Source of the DNA: the human T2T-CHM13v2.0 reference genome, Homo sapiens
Length of the DNA stretch: 64,000 bases
Strand: one strand, 5' to 3'
NCBI RefSeq assembly: GCF_009914755.1
Contig: NC_060925.1
Shown piece after piece: positions 27,931-40,866 of this stretch (position 1 is the stretch's first letter; each line of letters opens with the position of its first letter). The position numbers and the translations under genes are program-made. A model generated the notes under the pieces. It was not told the DNA's origin and searched no databases. It saw nothing but the letters and a program-made list of their open reading frames with translations.

Positions 27931-28097
27931 GAAAGTAATCCTATTTACAATAGTCACATGTAAAATTAAATATCTAGGAATTGACAAAAGAAGTGAAAGA
28001 TCTACATAATGAAAATGATAAAACACTGAGAAAAAAATTAAAGAGGAGACCAAAATATGAAAAAATATTTCATACATATTCATGGATTGAAAGAATC

Positions 28098-28175
28098 TAT
28101 CTATCTATCTATATCTATTTATCTATCTATCATCTATCTGTTTATCTGTCAATCTATCTATCTATTATCTATATA
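28098..28175. repeat. Degenerate (TATC)n/(GATA)n microsatellite in the position of the L1 poly(A) tail
   Basis: TATCTATCTATCTATATCTATTTATCTATCTATCATCTATCTG... Confidence 0.9.
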
Positions 28176-30491
28176 TTTAACTTTTCTTTTAAGTTCAGGG
28201 GTACAAGTGCAGGTTTGTTATATAAATAAACTTGTGTCATGTGGGTTTCTTGTACAAATTATTTCATCATCAATATTTTAAGTCTAGAACCCATTAGTTG
28301 TTTGTCAATATCCTATCTCTCCCCCAACCATCCACCCTCCAAAAGACCCCAATGTGTGTTGTTCCCCTCTATATGTCCATAGGTTTTCATCATTTAGCTC
28401 CCTCTTATAAGAAAAGGAACTTGTGGTATTTTGTTTTCTGTTCCTGCGTTAGTTTGCTAAGAATTATGGCCTCTAGCTCCATCCATGTCCCTGCAAAGCA
28501 TATGATCTCATTTTGTTTTTATAGTTGCATAGTATTCTATGGTGTATAGGTACCACATTTTCTTTATCCCCTCTATCATTGATGGGCACTTAGGTTGATT
28601 CCATGTCTTTGCTATGGTAAATAACACTGCAGTGAACATATGCATGCATGTGCCTTTATAACAGAACAATTTGTTTTCCTTTGGGTATATACCTAGTAAT
28701 AGGATTACTGAGTCAAATTGTATTTCTGTCTTTACGTCTTTGAGACTTTGCCACACTGCCTTCCATAGTGGCTAAACTAACTTACACTCTCACCAATAGT
28801 AAGTGTTCCTTTTTCTCCAAAACCTCACCAGCATCTGTTATTTTTTAACTTTTTAATCATAGTCATTCAGACTGGTGTGAGGTGGCGTCTAATTGTGGTT
28901 TTGACTTGCATTTCTCTAATTATCAGTGATGCTGAGGGTTTTCTTTCTCATATAATTGTTGGTCACATGTATGTCTTCTTTGAAAATTGTCTGTTCATAT
29001 TCTTTGCCCACTTTTTAATGGGGTTGTTTGTTTTCTTAATTGTAAATTTGTTTAAATTTCTTATAGATGCTGGATATTAGACCACGTCAGATGCATAGTT
29101 TGCAAAAATTTTCTCTCATTCTTTATATTGTCTGTTTATTCTGTTGATATTCTTTTGCTGTGCAGAGGCTCTTTAATTTAATTAGATCCCATTCATCAAT
29201 TGTTATTTTGTTGCAATTGCTTTTGGTTTTTGTAGTGAAAGCTTTGCCCATGCCTATATCCTGAATTGTATTGCCTAGTTTATCTTCCAGAGTTTTTGTA
29301 GTTTTTGGGTTTTACATTTAAGTCTTGAATCCATCTTGAGTTAATTTTTGTATATTGTGTAAGGAAGGGGTCCAGTTTCAATTTTCTGCATGTGGCTAGC
29401 CAGTTATCCCAGAATCATTTATTCAATAGGCAATTATTACCCCATTGCTTGTTTTTGTTAGATTTGCTGATGATCAGATAGTGGCATGTGTGCAGTCTTA
29501 TTTCTGGGTTCTCTATTCTGTTTCATTGGTCTATGTGTCTATTCTTGTATTAGTATCATGCTGTTTTGGTTATGGTAGCATGTAGTATAGTTTGACATTG
29601 GGTAGCATGATGCTTTCAGCTTTGTTCTTTTGTATTAGAACTGCCTTGGCTATTTTGGCCCTTCTTTGGTTCCATATGAATTTTTAAACTAGTTTTTCTA
29701 TTTCTGTGAAGAATGTCAATGATAGTTAAATGGGGATAGCATTGAATCTATAAATTGCTTTGGGCAGTATGACTTCTTTCAAGATATTTACTCTTTTTAT
29801 TCATGAGCACAGAATGCTTTTCCATTTAATGTATCATCTCTAATTTCTTCAAGCAGTGGTTTATAGTTCTCCTTGTAGAGATCTTTCACCTCCCTAGCTA
29901 GCTGTATTTCTGGATATTTTATTCTTTTTGTGGCAATTGTGAATGCAATTTTTTTTCCTGATTTGGCTCTTAGTTTGACTGTTGGTGTATGGATGTAATT
30001 TTTGTGTGATTTTTGCACATTGACTTTGTATCCTGAGACTTTGCTGAAGTTGTTTATCAGTTTTGGAAGCGTTTGGGCTGAGACAATGGGGTTTTCTAGA
30101 TATAGAATTATGTCATCTGCAAACAGAAATAATTTGACTTTTTATCTTCCTATTTGAATGTCCTTTATTTCTTTTTCTTTCCCAATTGCCTTGGCCAGAA
30201 CTTCCAATACTATGTTGAATAGAAGTGGTGAGAGAGGGCATACTTGTTTTGTGCTGGTTTTCAAGAGGAATGCTTCCAGACTTTGTCCATTCTGTATGAT
30301 ATTGGGTGTGGGTTTGTCATATATAGCTCTTATTATTTTAAGGTATGTTTCTTCAATACCTAGCTTATTTAGCATTATCAATATGTGAATATGAATTTTA
30401 TCTAAAGCCTTTCTGCATCTATTGATATAATCATGTGGTTTTTGTCTTTAGTTCTGTTTATGTGATGATTCCCATTTCTTGATTTGCATAT

Positions 30492-32734
30492 TGATATGGT
30501 TTGGCTGTGTCCCCACCCAAAATCTCATCTTGAATTGCAATCCCCACCTGTCAGATCATGGGGGTGGCTGGTTTCCGCTATGCCGTTCTTGTGATAGTGA
30601 GTGAATCTTACAAGATCTGACGGTTTTATAAGTGTCTGGCATTTCCACTGCTTGCACTCATTCTCTCTCCTGCTACCCTGTAAATAAGTGCCTTCTGCCA
30701 TAATTGTAAGTTTACTGAGGCTTCCCCAGCCATGTGGAACTGTGAGTCAATTCATCCTCTTTTCTTTATAATATACCCAGTCTTGGGTGTTTCTTCATAG
30801 CAGCATGGGAACAGAATAATATAGTAAATTGGTACTGAGGTAGCAGGGTGATGCTATAAAGATACCCCAAAATGTGGAAGCAAATTTGGAACTGGGTAAC
30901 AGTTAGAGGTTGGAACAGTCTGGAGGGCTCAGAAGAAGACAGAAAAATGTGGTGAAGTTTGGAACCTTCTAGAGACTTGGTGTATGGTTTTGATCAAAAT
31001 GCTGACAGTGATATAGACAATGAAGTCCATGCTGAAGTGGTGTCAGATGGACATGAGAAACTTGTTGGAAACTGGAGCAAAGGTGACTCTTGCTATGCTT
31101 TCGCAAAGAGACTGGCAGCATTTTGCCCCTGCCTTAGAGATCTGTGGATGTTTGAACTTGAGAGAGATGATTTAGGGTAACTGGTGGAATAAATTTTTAA
31201 GCAGCAAAGTGTTCAAGAGGAATCAGAGCATAAATGTTTGGAAAATTTGCAGCCTGACTATGAAGTAGGAAAAAAAAAAACAAAACATTTTTCTGGGAAA
31301 AAAATTAAAGGAGGCTGCAGAAATTTGTGTAACCAGGAGCTGAATGTTAATTACTGAGAAAATGGGAAAAATGTCTCCAAGACATGTCAGAGACCTTCAC
31401 AGCAGCCCCTCCCATCACAGGCTCAGAGGCCTAGAAGAAACAAATGGTTTCCTGGACCAGGCCCAGGTCCCCACTGCTCTGTGCAGCCTCAGGACATTGT
31501 GCCCTGTGTTCAGCTCCTTCAGCTTCAACAGTGACTAAAATGGGTCAATGCACAGCTCAGGCCACTGCTTCAGAGGGTGCAAGCCCCAACCCTTGGCAGC
31601 TTATATTTGATGTTGGGCCTGTGGGTGAACAGAAGTCAAGAATTGAGGTTTGGGATTCTCTGCCTACATTTTAGAGGATGTATGGAAAGACCTGGATATC
31701 CAGGCAGAAGTTTGCTGCAGGGGTGGCGCCCTCATGGAAAACCTCTGCTAGAGAAGTGAAGAAGGGAAATGTGCAGTAGGCACCCACACATAGAGTCCTC
31801 ACTGGGGCACTACCTAGTGGAGCTGTGAGAAGAGGGCCACTGTCCTCCAGACCTCAGCATAGTAGATCCACCAACAGTTTGCACAGTGTACCTGAAAAAG
31901 CTGCAGACACTCAATGCCAGCCCACGAACACAGCTAGGATAGGTCTACACCCTGCAAAGCCACAAGGTTGGAGTTGCCCAAGGCTGTGGGAGCCCAGCTC
32001 TTGTATCAGCATGCCCTGCATGTGAGACGTGAAGTCCACGGAGATCATTTGGGAACTTTTGTGTTTAATGACTACTCTATCAGATTTTGAACTTGCATGG
32101 GCCTGCAGGCCCTTAGATTTGCCAGTTTCTCCCATTCGGAATGGGTGTATTTCCCAATGACTGTACCTGCATTGTTTCTAGGAAGTAACTAACTTGCTTA
32201 TCATTTTACAGGCTCATAGGCAGAAGGGATTTGTCTTGTTTCATATGAGACTTTGGACTGAGACTTTTGGCTTATTGCTGGAATGAGCTAAGAATTTGGG
32301 GGACTGTTGGAAGGGCATCATTGTATTTTGATATATGAGGACATGAGATTTGCGAGGGGCCAGAGATGAATGATATGATTTTGCTGTGTCTACACCTAAA
32401 ATCTCATCTTGAATTGCAATTCTTACATGTAAAGGGTGGGATAGGTGAAGGTAATCAAATCATGATGGAAGTTTTCCCCATGTTGTTCTCATAATAGTGA
32501 GTAAGTCTCATGATATCTGATGGTTTTATAAACATCTGGCATTTCTCCTGGTTACACTCATTATCTGTCCTGCTGCCTTGTGAAGAACGTGCCTGCTTCC
32601 CCTTCTGCCATTATTGTAAGTTTCCTGATGCTTCCCCAACCATGTGGAATTGTGAGTTAATTAAATGTTTTTTCTTTAAAAAAATACTCAGTCTTGGGTA
32701 TTTCTTCACAGTAGTGTGAAAATGGACTGATACA
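30492..32734 (+). mobile_element. Complete THE1 (THE1C/D-like) MaLR element: LTR 30492-30823, internal 30824-32370, LTR 32371-32734
   Basis: Both LTRs begin TGATATG; the internal region starts GTAAATTGGTAC; TSD CATAT/CAAAT (1 mismatch); the host L1 resumes GTTGAACCAACC. Confidence 0.93.
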
Positions 32735-33893
32735 CAAATGTTGAACCAACCTTGCATCCAAGGGATTAAGCCTACTTGATTGTGGTGGTTAAGCTTTTTT
32801 TTTTTTTCTGTGCTGCTGGACTCAATTTGTGAGTAGCCTGTTGAGGATTTTTGCATCAATGTTCATCAAGAATACTGGCCTGAAGTTTTTGTTGTTGTTT
32901 TATCTCTGCTAGCGTTTAGTATCAGGATTATACTGGCCTCATAGTGTGAATTATGGAAGAGTCCCTTTCCTTATTTTTTTTAAATAGTTTCAGTAGGAAT
33001 GGCCCCAGCTCTTTGTACATCTGATAGAATTTAGCTGTGAATCCGTCTGGTCCTGGGCTTTGTTTGGTTGGTAGGCTACTTATTATTCTCTCAATTTCAG
33101 AACTAGTTTTTGGTCTTTTCAGAGATGTAATTTTTTCCTGGTTCAGTCTTGGGAGAGTGTAAATGTCCAGAAACTTATCAATTTCTTCTTGATTTTCTGA
33201 TTTATGTGCATAGAGGTGTTCTAATATTCTGATTGTTGCTGGTATTTCTGTGAGGTCAGTAGTAATGTCTCCCTTAGTTTTTTCTGATTGTGTTTATTTG
33301 AATCTTCTCTTTTTTTATTAGTCTAGCTAGTGGTCTATTTTATTAATTTTTCCAAAAAGCCAGCTCCTGGATTCATTGATCTTTTGAATGGTTTTTCACA
33401 TTTCAGTCTTCTTCAGTTCAACTCTGATTTAGATTATTTCTTGTCTTCTGCTAGCTTTGTGATTTGTTTGCTCCTGTTTCTCTAGTTCTTTAGTTGTGAA
33501 GTTAGATTGTTAACTTGAGATATTTCTAACTTTTTGATGTAGGTATTTGGTGCTATAAGCTTCCTTGTTAACACTGCCTTAGCTATGCCCCAAGGATTCT
33601 GGCATGTTGTGTCTTGGTTCTTATTATTCTCAAATATTGGTTTCTGCATTAATTTCATTATTTAGCCAAACATTCAGGAGCAGGTTAAATATTCATGTAA
33701 TTGTACGTTTTTGAGTAAATATTTTAGTCTTTATTTTGAACTTAATTGTGCTATGGTCTGAGAGACTGTTGGTTATGATTCACTTATTTTGCATTTGCTG
33801 AGGAGTGCTTACTTTCAATTACATAATCTATTTTAGAATAAATGCTATGCAATAATGAGAAGAATGTATATTCGATTATCTTTTGATGGAGAG

Positions 33894-34260
33894 TGATATG
33901 GCTTGACTTTTTGTCTCCACTCGAATCTCATGTCTAATTGTAAACCCCAGTGTTAGAAGAGGGACCTGGTGAGAAGTGATTGAATCATGGGAGTAGACTT
34001 TCCCCTTAGTGTTCTCATGATAGAGTTTTCATGAGATCTGGTTGTTTGAAACTGTGTAGCACCTCCACCTTTACTCTGTCTGTCTCCTGATGACCATATG
34101 AAGATGTGCTTGCTTCTGCTTTGCCTTTTCAATGATTGTAAGTTTCCTAAGGCCTCCCCAGAAGCAGAAGCCTGTACTGTGAGCTGATTAAACCTGTTTT
34201 CTTTATAAATTACCCTGTCTCATATAGTTCTTTATTGCAGTGAGAGAACAGACTAATACG
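33894..34260 (+). mobile_element. MSTA-like solo LTR
   Basis: TGATATGGCTTGAC...CCCCAGAAGCAGAAGCC...GAGAACAGACTAATAC; interrupts the L1 between GGAGAG and TTCTGTAGAT. Confidence 0.88.
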
Positions 34261-36067
34261 GATTTCTGTAGATATCAATCAGGTCCATTTAAGATAATCA
34301 ATATTGTTAAAATATTTATACTACCCAAAGTAATCTACATATTCAATGCAATTTCTGTCAAAATACCAATTACATTCTTCACAGAAATACAAAAAACAAT
34401 TCTGAAATTTATATGGGGCCAAAAAAGACCCAGGACAGCCAAAACTATCCTGAGCATATGAACAAAACTAGAGGAATCACTTTCTCTGACTTCAAATTAT
34501 ATGACAGCGGTATAGTAACCAAAACAACATGGTACTGGTATAAGAAAAGACACACAGACCAGTGTAACAGAACAGAGAACCCAGAACCAAATCTGCACAG
34601 CTACAGTGAACTGATTTTCAGCAAAGATTTCAAGCACATACACTAGGGTAAAACAATTGTGCTGGGAAAACTGGATATCCATATGCAGAAGAATAAAACT
34701 AGAGCCCTATCTCTTTTGATATACAAAAATCAAATGAAAGTGGATTGAAGACTTAAATTCAAGACCTCAAGCTATGAAACTACTATAAGAAAACATGGAA
34801 GAAAATCTCCAGGACATTGGTTTGTGCAAAAACTTTTTGAGTAATACCCTACAGGAACAGGCAACCAAAGCAAACATGGACAAACAGGATCACATCCAGT
34901 TAAAAAGCCTCTGCACAGCAAAGAATACAATTAGTAAAGCGAAGTGACAACCCACATAATGGGAAAAAAATATCTGCAAACTACCCATCTGACAAAGGAT
35001 TAATAACCAGAACATATAAGGAGCTCAAACAACTCTAAAGAAATAAATCTAATAATCTCATCAAAGAATGGGCAAAAGATTTGAGTAGACATTTTTCAAA
35101 AGAAGACATACACATGGCAAACATGTATATGAAAAGGTGCTCAATATCATTGACCATAAGAAAATTGGAAATCCAGACTTCAATGAGGTATTATGCAACC
35201 CCAGTTAACATGACTCACATTCAAGAGACAGGCAATAACAAATCCTGGCAAAGATGTGGCGAAAAGAGAAAGCTTTTACACTGTTGTTGAGAATGTAAAT
35301 TATTATAGCCACTATGGAGAACAGATCAGAGGTTCCTCACAAATGCAAAAATTGAGCTACCATATGATCCAGCAATTTGACTCCTGGGTACGTATCCAAG
35401 ATAAAGGAATTTAGTATATGGAAGACATATCTGCACTTCTATGTGTGTTGCAGCACAATTTACGATAGCTAAGATTTGGAAGCAACCTATGTGTTCATCA
35501 GCAGATAAATGGATAAAGAAAATATGGCACATATACACAATGAAGTACTATTCAGCTTTAAGAAGAATGAGATACAGTTATTTGCAACAATATAATTAGA
35601 AATGAAGATCATTAAGTTAAGCGAAATAAGAGAGGGCACAGAAAGTGAAATATCACGTTCTTACTTATTTGTGGGATCTAAAAGTCAAAACAATTGAAAC
35701 ATGACCATAAAGACCTGAAGGATGTTTACCAGAGGCTTACAAGGGAGTATGAGGGTCGGGTGGAAGTGAGGATGATTAATTGGTACCAAAAAGTTAGAAA
35801 TGAATAAGACTTAACTATTTGATAGCACAATAGGATGACTACGGTCAATAATAAATTTATTGTATATTTTATAATAACTTAAAAAGGCTAATTGGATTGC
35901 TTGTAACTCAAAGAATAAATACTTAAGGGGATGAATACCACATTCTTTATGTTGTTCTTATTTCACATTGTATGCCTATATTGAAGCATCTCATGTACAT
36001 CATAAATGTACCCACCTGCTATGTATACACAAAATTTAAAAATAAAAAATGAAAAAGAGGATAATAA

Positions 36068-36387
36068 ATGTGACTGTGATATTTGAGAACTGAAACCTTT
36101 TGGGAGTAATTAGGATTAGATGAAGCCATGAGGGTGAGACGTTAATGGATATAAAAGGGGAGAGAGACTTGAACTAGAATGTTCAGCCCACTTGCCATGC
36201 AGGCCTTGTGCCATTTTGGGATTCCAAGGAAAATCTCCATAACTAGAAGGCCTTCATCAGGTGTGCCCATCTCCCCCTATGACTCTGGACTTCCCAGCCT
36301 CCAGATCTGTAAGAAATAAATGCTTTTCCTTTATAAATTACCCAGTCTCTGGTATTCAGTTATAGCAAGAGAAAATGGACTAAGATA
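36068..36387 (+). mobile_element. MaLR LTR, 5'-truncated (MSTC/MSTD-like)
   Basis: GGACTTCCCAGCCTCCAGATCTGTAAGAAATAAATG...AAAATGGACTAAGATA. Confidence 0.8.
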
Positions 36388-36550
36388 GTCATCAATAAAA
36401 AAGAAAGTCTGAGAAACTATCATAACAAAGAGGAGTCTAAGGAAACATCAATAGGGAAATTTGTTATGGCACATGTGGGAACTCTTTGTCCTAACCTCTC
36501 ATTCTTTCAAAAAACCTAAAACTGTTCTTAAAAAGAGACATTTTTTTTAA
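36388..36550 (+). mobile_element. L1MC/MD-type 3' fragment
   Basis: GAAAGTCTGAGAAACTATCA...GGGAACTCTTTGTCCTAACC...AACCTAAAACTGTTCTTAAAA. Confidence 0.55.
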
Positions 36551-39500
36551 AAAGAGAAAAAATGTTACATAAGTTGAGAGCGATTACATATATCAAAGGT
36601 TTCAGGAAAGTAATTTGGGAAATTCTTTTAGTATCAAGAAAGATGACAAAGCAGCATGAATGAGAAAGCAGGTAGGTGTCTAAATATCTCTAAGGATGAA
36701 TATTCAACATTTGTATCAACTTTTACATATTTATATATGAGGGCTTTTTTATGTTTTTATAAAAGGCAGTAGTGGGTAAATGATTTTGTTGATGGTACAG
36801 GCATCACCTTATCCCTTGCATCTCATGAAGTGTAGAGAAAAACTTATTTCCTTATGTGAGTTTCCATCACAACACTTATAGCCAGTGTCCACATCAATTT
36901 ATTTGTTATTTAAGCTGACTATAATGTGATGACAGGTTATAAAATTTATTCCAAAACATCGTTAGGTTTTGCAATCATATAAACTTTGAGTAGAAGGAGG
37001 AGAGAGTGTTCTTAATAAGTTAAAATAGCACAAATTGGTGAAAGTCAGGGTGGATTTAAAGAATCAGGGAAACTGAGAAAAATGAAGATAAAGAATTGAT
37101 CACTTCTGTTATCTTGAGATGTCTTATATCTTGAGGTTTCTTCTGTGTTATTTTTTTTTTTGCATGGATAGGGATTATAAATTGAAATATGGCCACAAGT
37201 TCTCCCCTTTGTATCCTTCTCTTTGATGCCATCTTTGTACAGTGCGTTCTTTATATTAGTCTTTATAATTCTAGGGTTCTTCCTGAGGTTTTTCTCAAGC
37301 ATAGCTCCTCTAACAGTGGCTGCTATTACATCCATGATGCTTTGAAGTGGGTGGGTGACTGAGGAAGAGCATGGCTGAAAGCTATAATTAAAGTAGAGCA
37401 GAATAGAGTTATCGAGGGTAAAGGGGCACAGGAGATTATTATAATAAAATTTCATAATGTCTAGCAACTGAAATAGTGTTCTCACATCATATAAATTCTG
37501 TACTTTATTGACTTTAAGCTATCTACTGGAATTATCTCCTCTCCCTCTCAATATACAATTAAAATAATAGTAAATGGAAAAATGTACTTTTTTTTTAGAA
37601 AAAGATCATCAAGGTGTCTATTCTGATGTCAAATAGTTCGTTCTTCTCTAGATAAATTAGTTTCAGGATTGCACATCATGAGCATCACCTTTATTTAAAG
37701 TAAAATTTAAATAGATTTCCATCTATATGGTCAGAGCAAATGTACAACTACAGATTTTGAAAACTTTAAGGAAAAACATTGAAACAGAAAACTCAAGTTT
37801 TAAGGAGAGAGAAAATAATGGACTCTGGAGGAAACAGAAATATCTGAAATAGTAAGGTAGAAATTAAACAAAAACAACTCCAGGGAACAGAAAAATGCAT
37901 TCTAGAAATAATAAAGTTATATCTCTATACAGTTTAAGGAAATTTATTTCTAACTTAAAATTCAATGCACAAACTATCGATGAAAGTTAAGAAAAGAATA
38001 AAGGTACAAGTATACACGTAATAATTCAAAATGCTTTTCCCATTGCACTGTTTTGTTTGTTTGTTGTATTTTTTTAAAGAAGTTAAATGGAAAAATATCA
38101 GCTTAACAATGGAATTTTCATTCATAGAGTTATTTTTTTTTGCCATGTCATGGATATCTTTGTGGAATTTGTCCTAAATCTGGTGTGCTGTGGATCATGA
38201 CCTGATTGTGACCTACTTAGCACTACCAACCAACTACATTGGAGAAGAGTTCTAAGGTTTCTGAAGTATTTCTGAAGCAAAAAGAGGTTAATAATACTAT
38301 CTTTCAGACAACAGATAATTAAAGAGGTCTCAAGTATTCGACATGCACTTTGCTTACTGTCACCAGACTTAGTTCCTTAATCCTGTAGAATGCCTCCTCT
38401 AACAGACTTTAACATGAGAGTGGCCAGCTTCTTTTCTCTGGCTTGGCATGTGTAAGGAGCTTGGATGTTGGCTCTCCTTTGTAACAATAAGTAAAAAGCT
38501 GAAAAAAACTAAAAAAATAAGTAATTCCTTCTGAGTTCGTCAAAGAAATGAAGTCCCAGGGCAAATTGCTGTCCCATGCCCAACCCATATTAGAGACAGA
38601 CAGGTAAATACAGATAATCAAAACTTACTAGAGCAAAACCAGCATGAACCAGGCCTGGGATAGGAAAACTAAAAAGTACTTGACGAATTGCTGGAGGCTT
38701 AGTGTGAACAAAACTGAGAAATAAAAACCCAATCATGGAGGAGTCTCTACCCTTTTGTGAGTTTTACCTCCAAGACCCTGACCAAATTCTTACAATGAAT
38801 ATTGAAGAATACCTTGAGTTTGTCTTGAGGGAGGGTGGGGGGAGGGTTCATTCTGAAATACGCCAAAGCATTCTACATGTTTTAAATAAGGCCCCCTCAA
38901 GGGGGGTTGGAAGGATGAGAGGAACTTGTGAAGTTTACAGTTCAGAGGTAAAGGTTCAGTTCAGACTGAGACCTAAGTATAGGACTATACAAAAATTCCC
39001 CTCTTCCCACACCTTACCATCACATTAATAAAAGTCTTTTACTAAAGCGTTGTTTGATGAGAGAGCAAGAATCAAAACTAAACTTAAATATAACATGGAT
39101 ATTGCAATTATCAGACCAAGAATGTAAAACCACTATAATTAATATGCTACAGGCTCTAATGGATAAAGTAGACAGTACACAAGAACAGATGGACAATATA
39201 AGTAGAGAGATTAAAACTCTTAAGAAAAAATCAGAAATAAATGCTAGGGATCAAAAACACTATTTCGGAAATAAAGACTGCCTTTGGTGGGCTTATCAGT
39301 AGACTGGGCACAGCTGAGGAGAGAATCACTGAGCTTACAACTGTCTCAAGAGAAACCTCCAAAGTTGAAATCAAAGAGAACAAAGACTGAGGAAAAAAGA
39401 ACCAAACATCCAAGTACCTTAGGATAACTACAAAAGGTAAAATATTAATAAAGGAAATCCCAGAAGGAGAAGAAGAAGAGACAGGGAGAGGACAAAAGAA

Positions 39501-40146
39501 ATATTTGAAATAATAATGACTGAGAATTTTGCCCAAATAAATGTCAGACACCAAACCACAGGTCCAGGAATCTCAGAGAACACCAAACAGGATGAATGCC
39601 AACAAATGCATAGTTTATTATGATACAGCTATGCATATCAACTTTAAACTGAAGAAAGTAAAAAATAAAGACCAGTTTTGAAAAAAAAAAAAGCCAGAAG
39701 AAATAAACCCAACATGCTTATAGAAGAATTATATCCAACTTCTCCTCAAAAACTATGCAAGCAAAGGGAGAGTATAATATTTAAAATATTAAGGGAAAAA
39801 AGCCCCACTAACCCACAATTTTTACCCTGTGAAATTATCCTTCAAAAGTGAAGAAGAAATAAAGACTCTCAAACAAAAATTGAGGAACTTTTTTGCCAAT
39901 AGACTTGTCTTGCAAGAAATGTTTAAAAAACTTCAAAGAAAAGGAAAAGAGTATAGGTCAGAAATTGGATCTACATAAAGAAAAGGAAAACATAAGGGAA
40001 GAAATAAGTGAAGGTAAAATAAAAACATTTTTTACTCTTAATTGAGCAAGCAGATAACAATTTGTTAAAATAGTAATATTCAGTTATGTATTCACTTATG
40101 TATGCTTATGTATGTGTATACACACACACGCACATACACACATATA

Positions 40147-40595
40147 TAGTTGACCCTTGAACAACATGGGTTTGAACTGTGTGGGTCCACTTAGATATGG
40201 ATATTTTGTTTTGCCTCTGTTATCCTCAAATAACGCAAGACTCGCCCCTCCTCTTCCTTCTCTTCTGCAACCTACTCAATGTGAAAGTGACAGGATGAAG
40301 TCCTTTATAATGATCCTCTTCCACTTAATTAGTAGTAAATACATTTTCTCCTCTTTATATAATTTTTTGAATAATATTTTCTTTACTCTAGCTTACTGTA
40401 CTGTTAAAAGGCAGTATATAATATATATATCATACAAAATGTGTGTTAATGTACTGCTTTTGTTAACAGTAGGCTTCTGGTTAACAGTAGGCTATTCATA
40501 GTTAAAATTTTGGGAGTCAAAAGCTATATGTACATTTTCAAGTGTGTCTGATGGGGTCAGCACCCCTAAACTCCATGTTGTTTAAGGTTCAGCTG
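40147..40595 (+). mobile_element. Tigger2a (MER28-type) non-autonomous DNA transposon
   Basis: Terminal inverted repeats TAGTTGACCCTTGAACAACATGG and CCATGTTGTTTAAGGTTCAGCTG; TA immediately upstream. Confidence 0.88.
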
Positions 40596-40603
40596 TCTGT
40601 CTC

Positions 40604-40646
<43 letters not shown>
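40604..40646. repeat. (TG)n microsatellite
   Basis: About 21 TG units with one interruption. Confidence 0.95.
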
Positions 40647-40649
<3 letters not shown>

Positions 40650-40866
40650 CATATAAATAAGTGAAATGAATGACAGCAGTGACACAAGGAAAGGAATGAC
40701 AGTGACAGAATTGGGATTATTTTGTTATTATATTAGACGTTTGAACCAGCTGTGAAAGAGTACAGTTTTATTTGAAAATGGCTTTTTACTATTTGTAAGT
40801 GTATATTGCACACTCTGGAGAAGCCACTAAAAAGGTAAACAAAAAAAAACAAAAGAAGTATAACCG

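Larger units (their letters stand above)
25069..27931 (+). mobile_element. L1PA7-like insertion: 5'-inverted segment (25069-26661), sense 3' end (26662-27049), 3' transduction (27050-27912) and A tail
   Basis: TSD AAAGTAATCCTA at 25057-25068 and 27932-27943, with the host L1MA ORF2 resuming after it. Inversion junction GAAAGTTAATG|ACAATGATAGACTGG. PA7-type 3'UTR (AATGTAGATGACGG...GTTCTGCACATGTACCCCAGAACTT). Confidence 0.92.
28098..34290 (-). mobile_element. 5'-truncated L1PA13-like element nested in the L1MA host, interrupted by THE1 and MSTA
   Basis: Antisense 3' end TTAAGTTCAGGGGTACAAGTGCAGG; ORF2-like minus ORFs at 28508-28756, 29797-30018 and 30142-30381 (YDKPTPNII...[16 protein letters not shown]). 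Confidence 0.9.
20283..36055 (+). mobile_element. Near full-length L1MA2-like host element (segments ~20283-22119, 22463-25068, 27932-28097, 34291-36055)
   Basis: 5'UTR-like region, degenerate ORF1 (~21.0-21.96 kb) and ORF2 (from ~22.83 kb) resume in register across each insertion; L1MA1-3 type 3'UTR (TTTGATAGCACAATAGGATGACTACGGTCAATAATAA...TATGTATACACAAAATTTAAAAATAAAAAA). Confidence 0.88.

Noticed and set aside
30959-32135. Cluster of overlapping ORFs
   Set aside because: All lie in the decayed THE1 internal region; there is no intact reading frame.
37045-37485. 146-aa minus-strand ORF in non-repeat DNA
   Set aside because: Non-ATG start, no recognisable domain or exon structure; compatible with chance.
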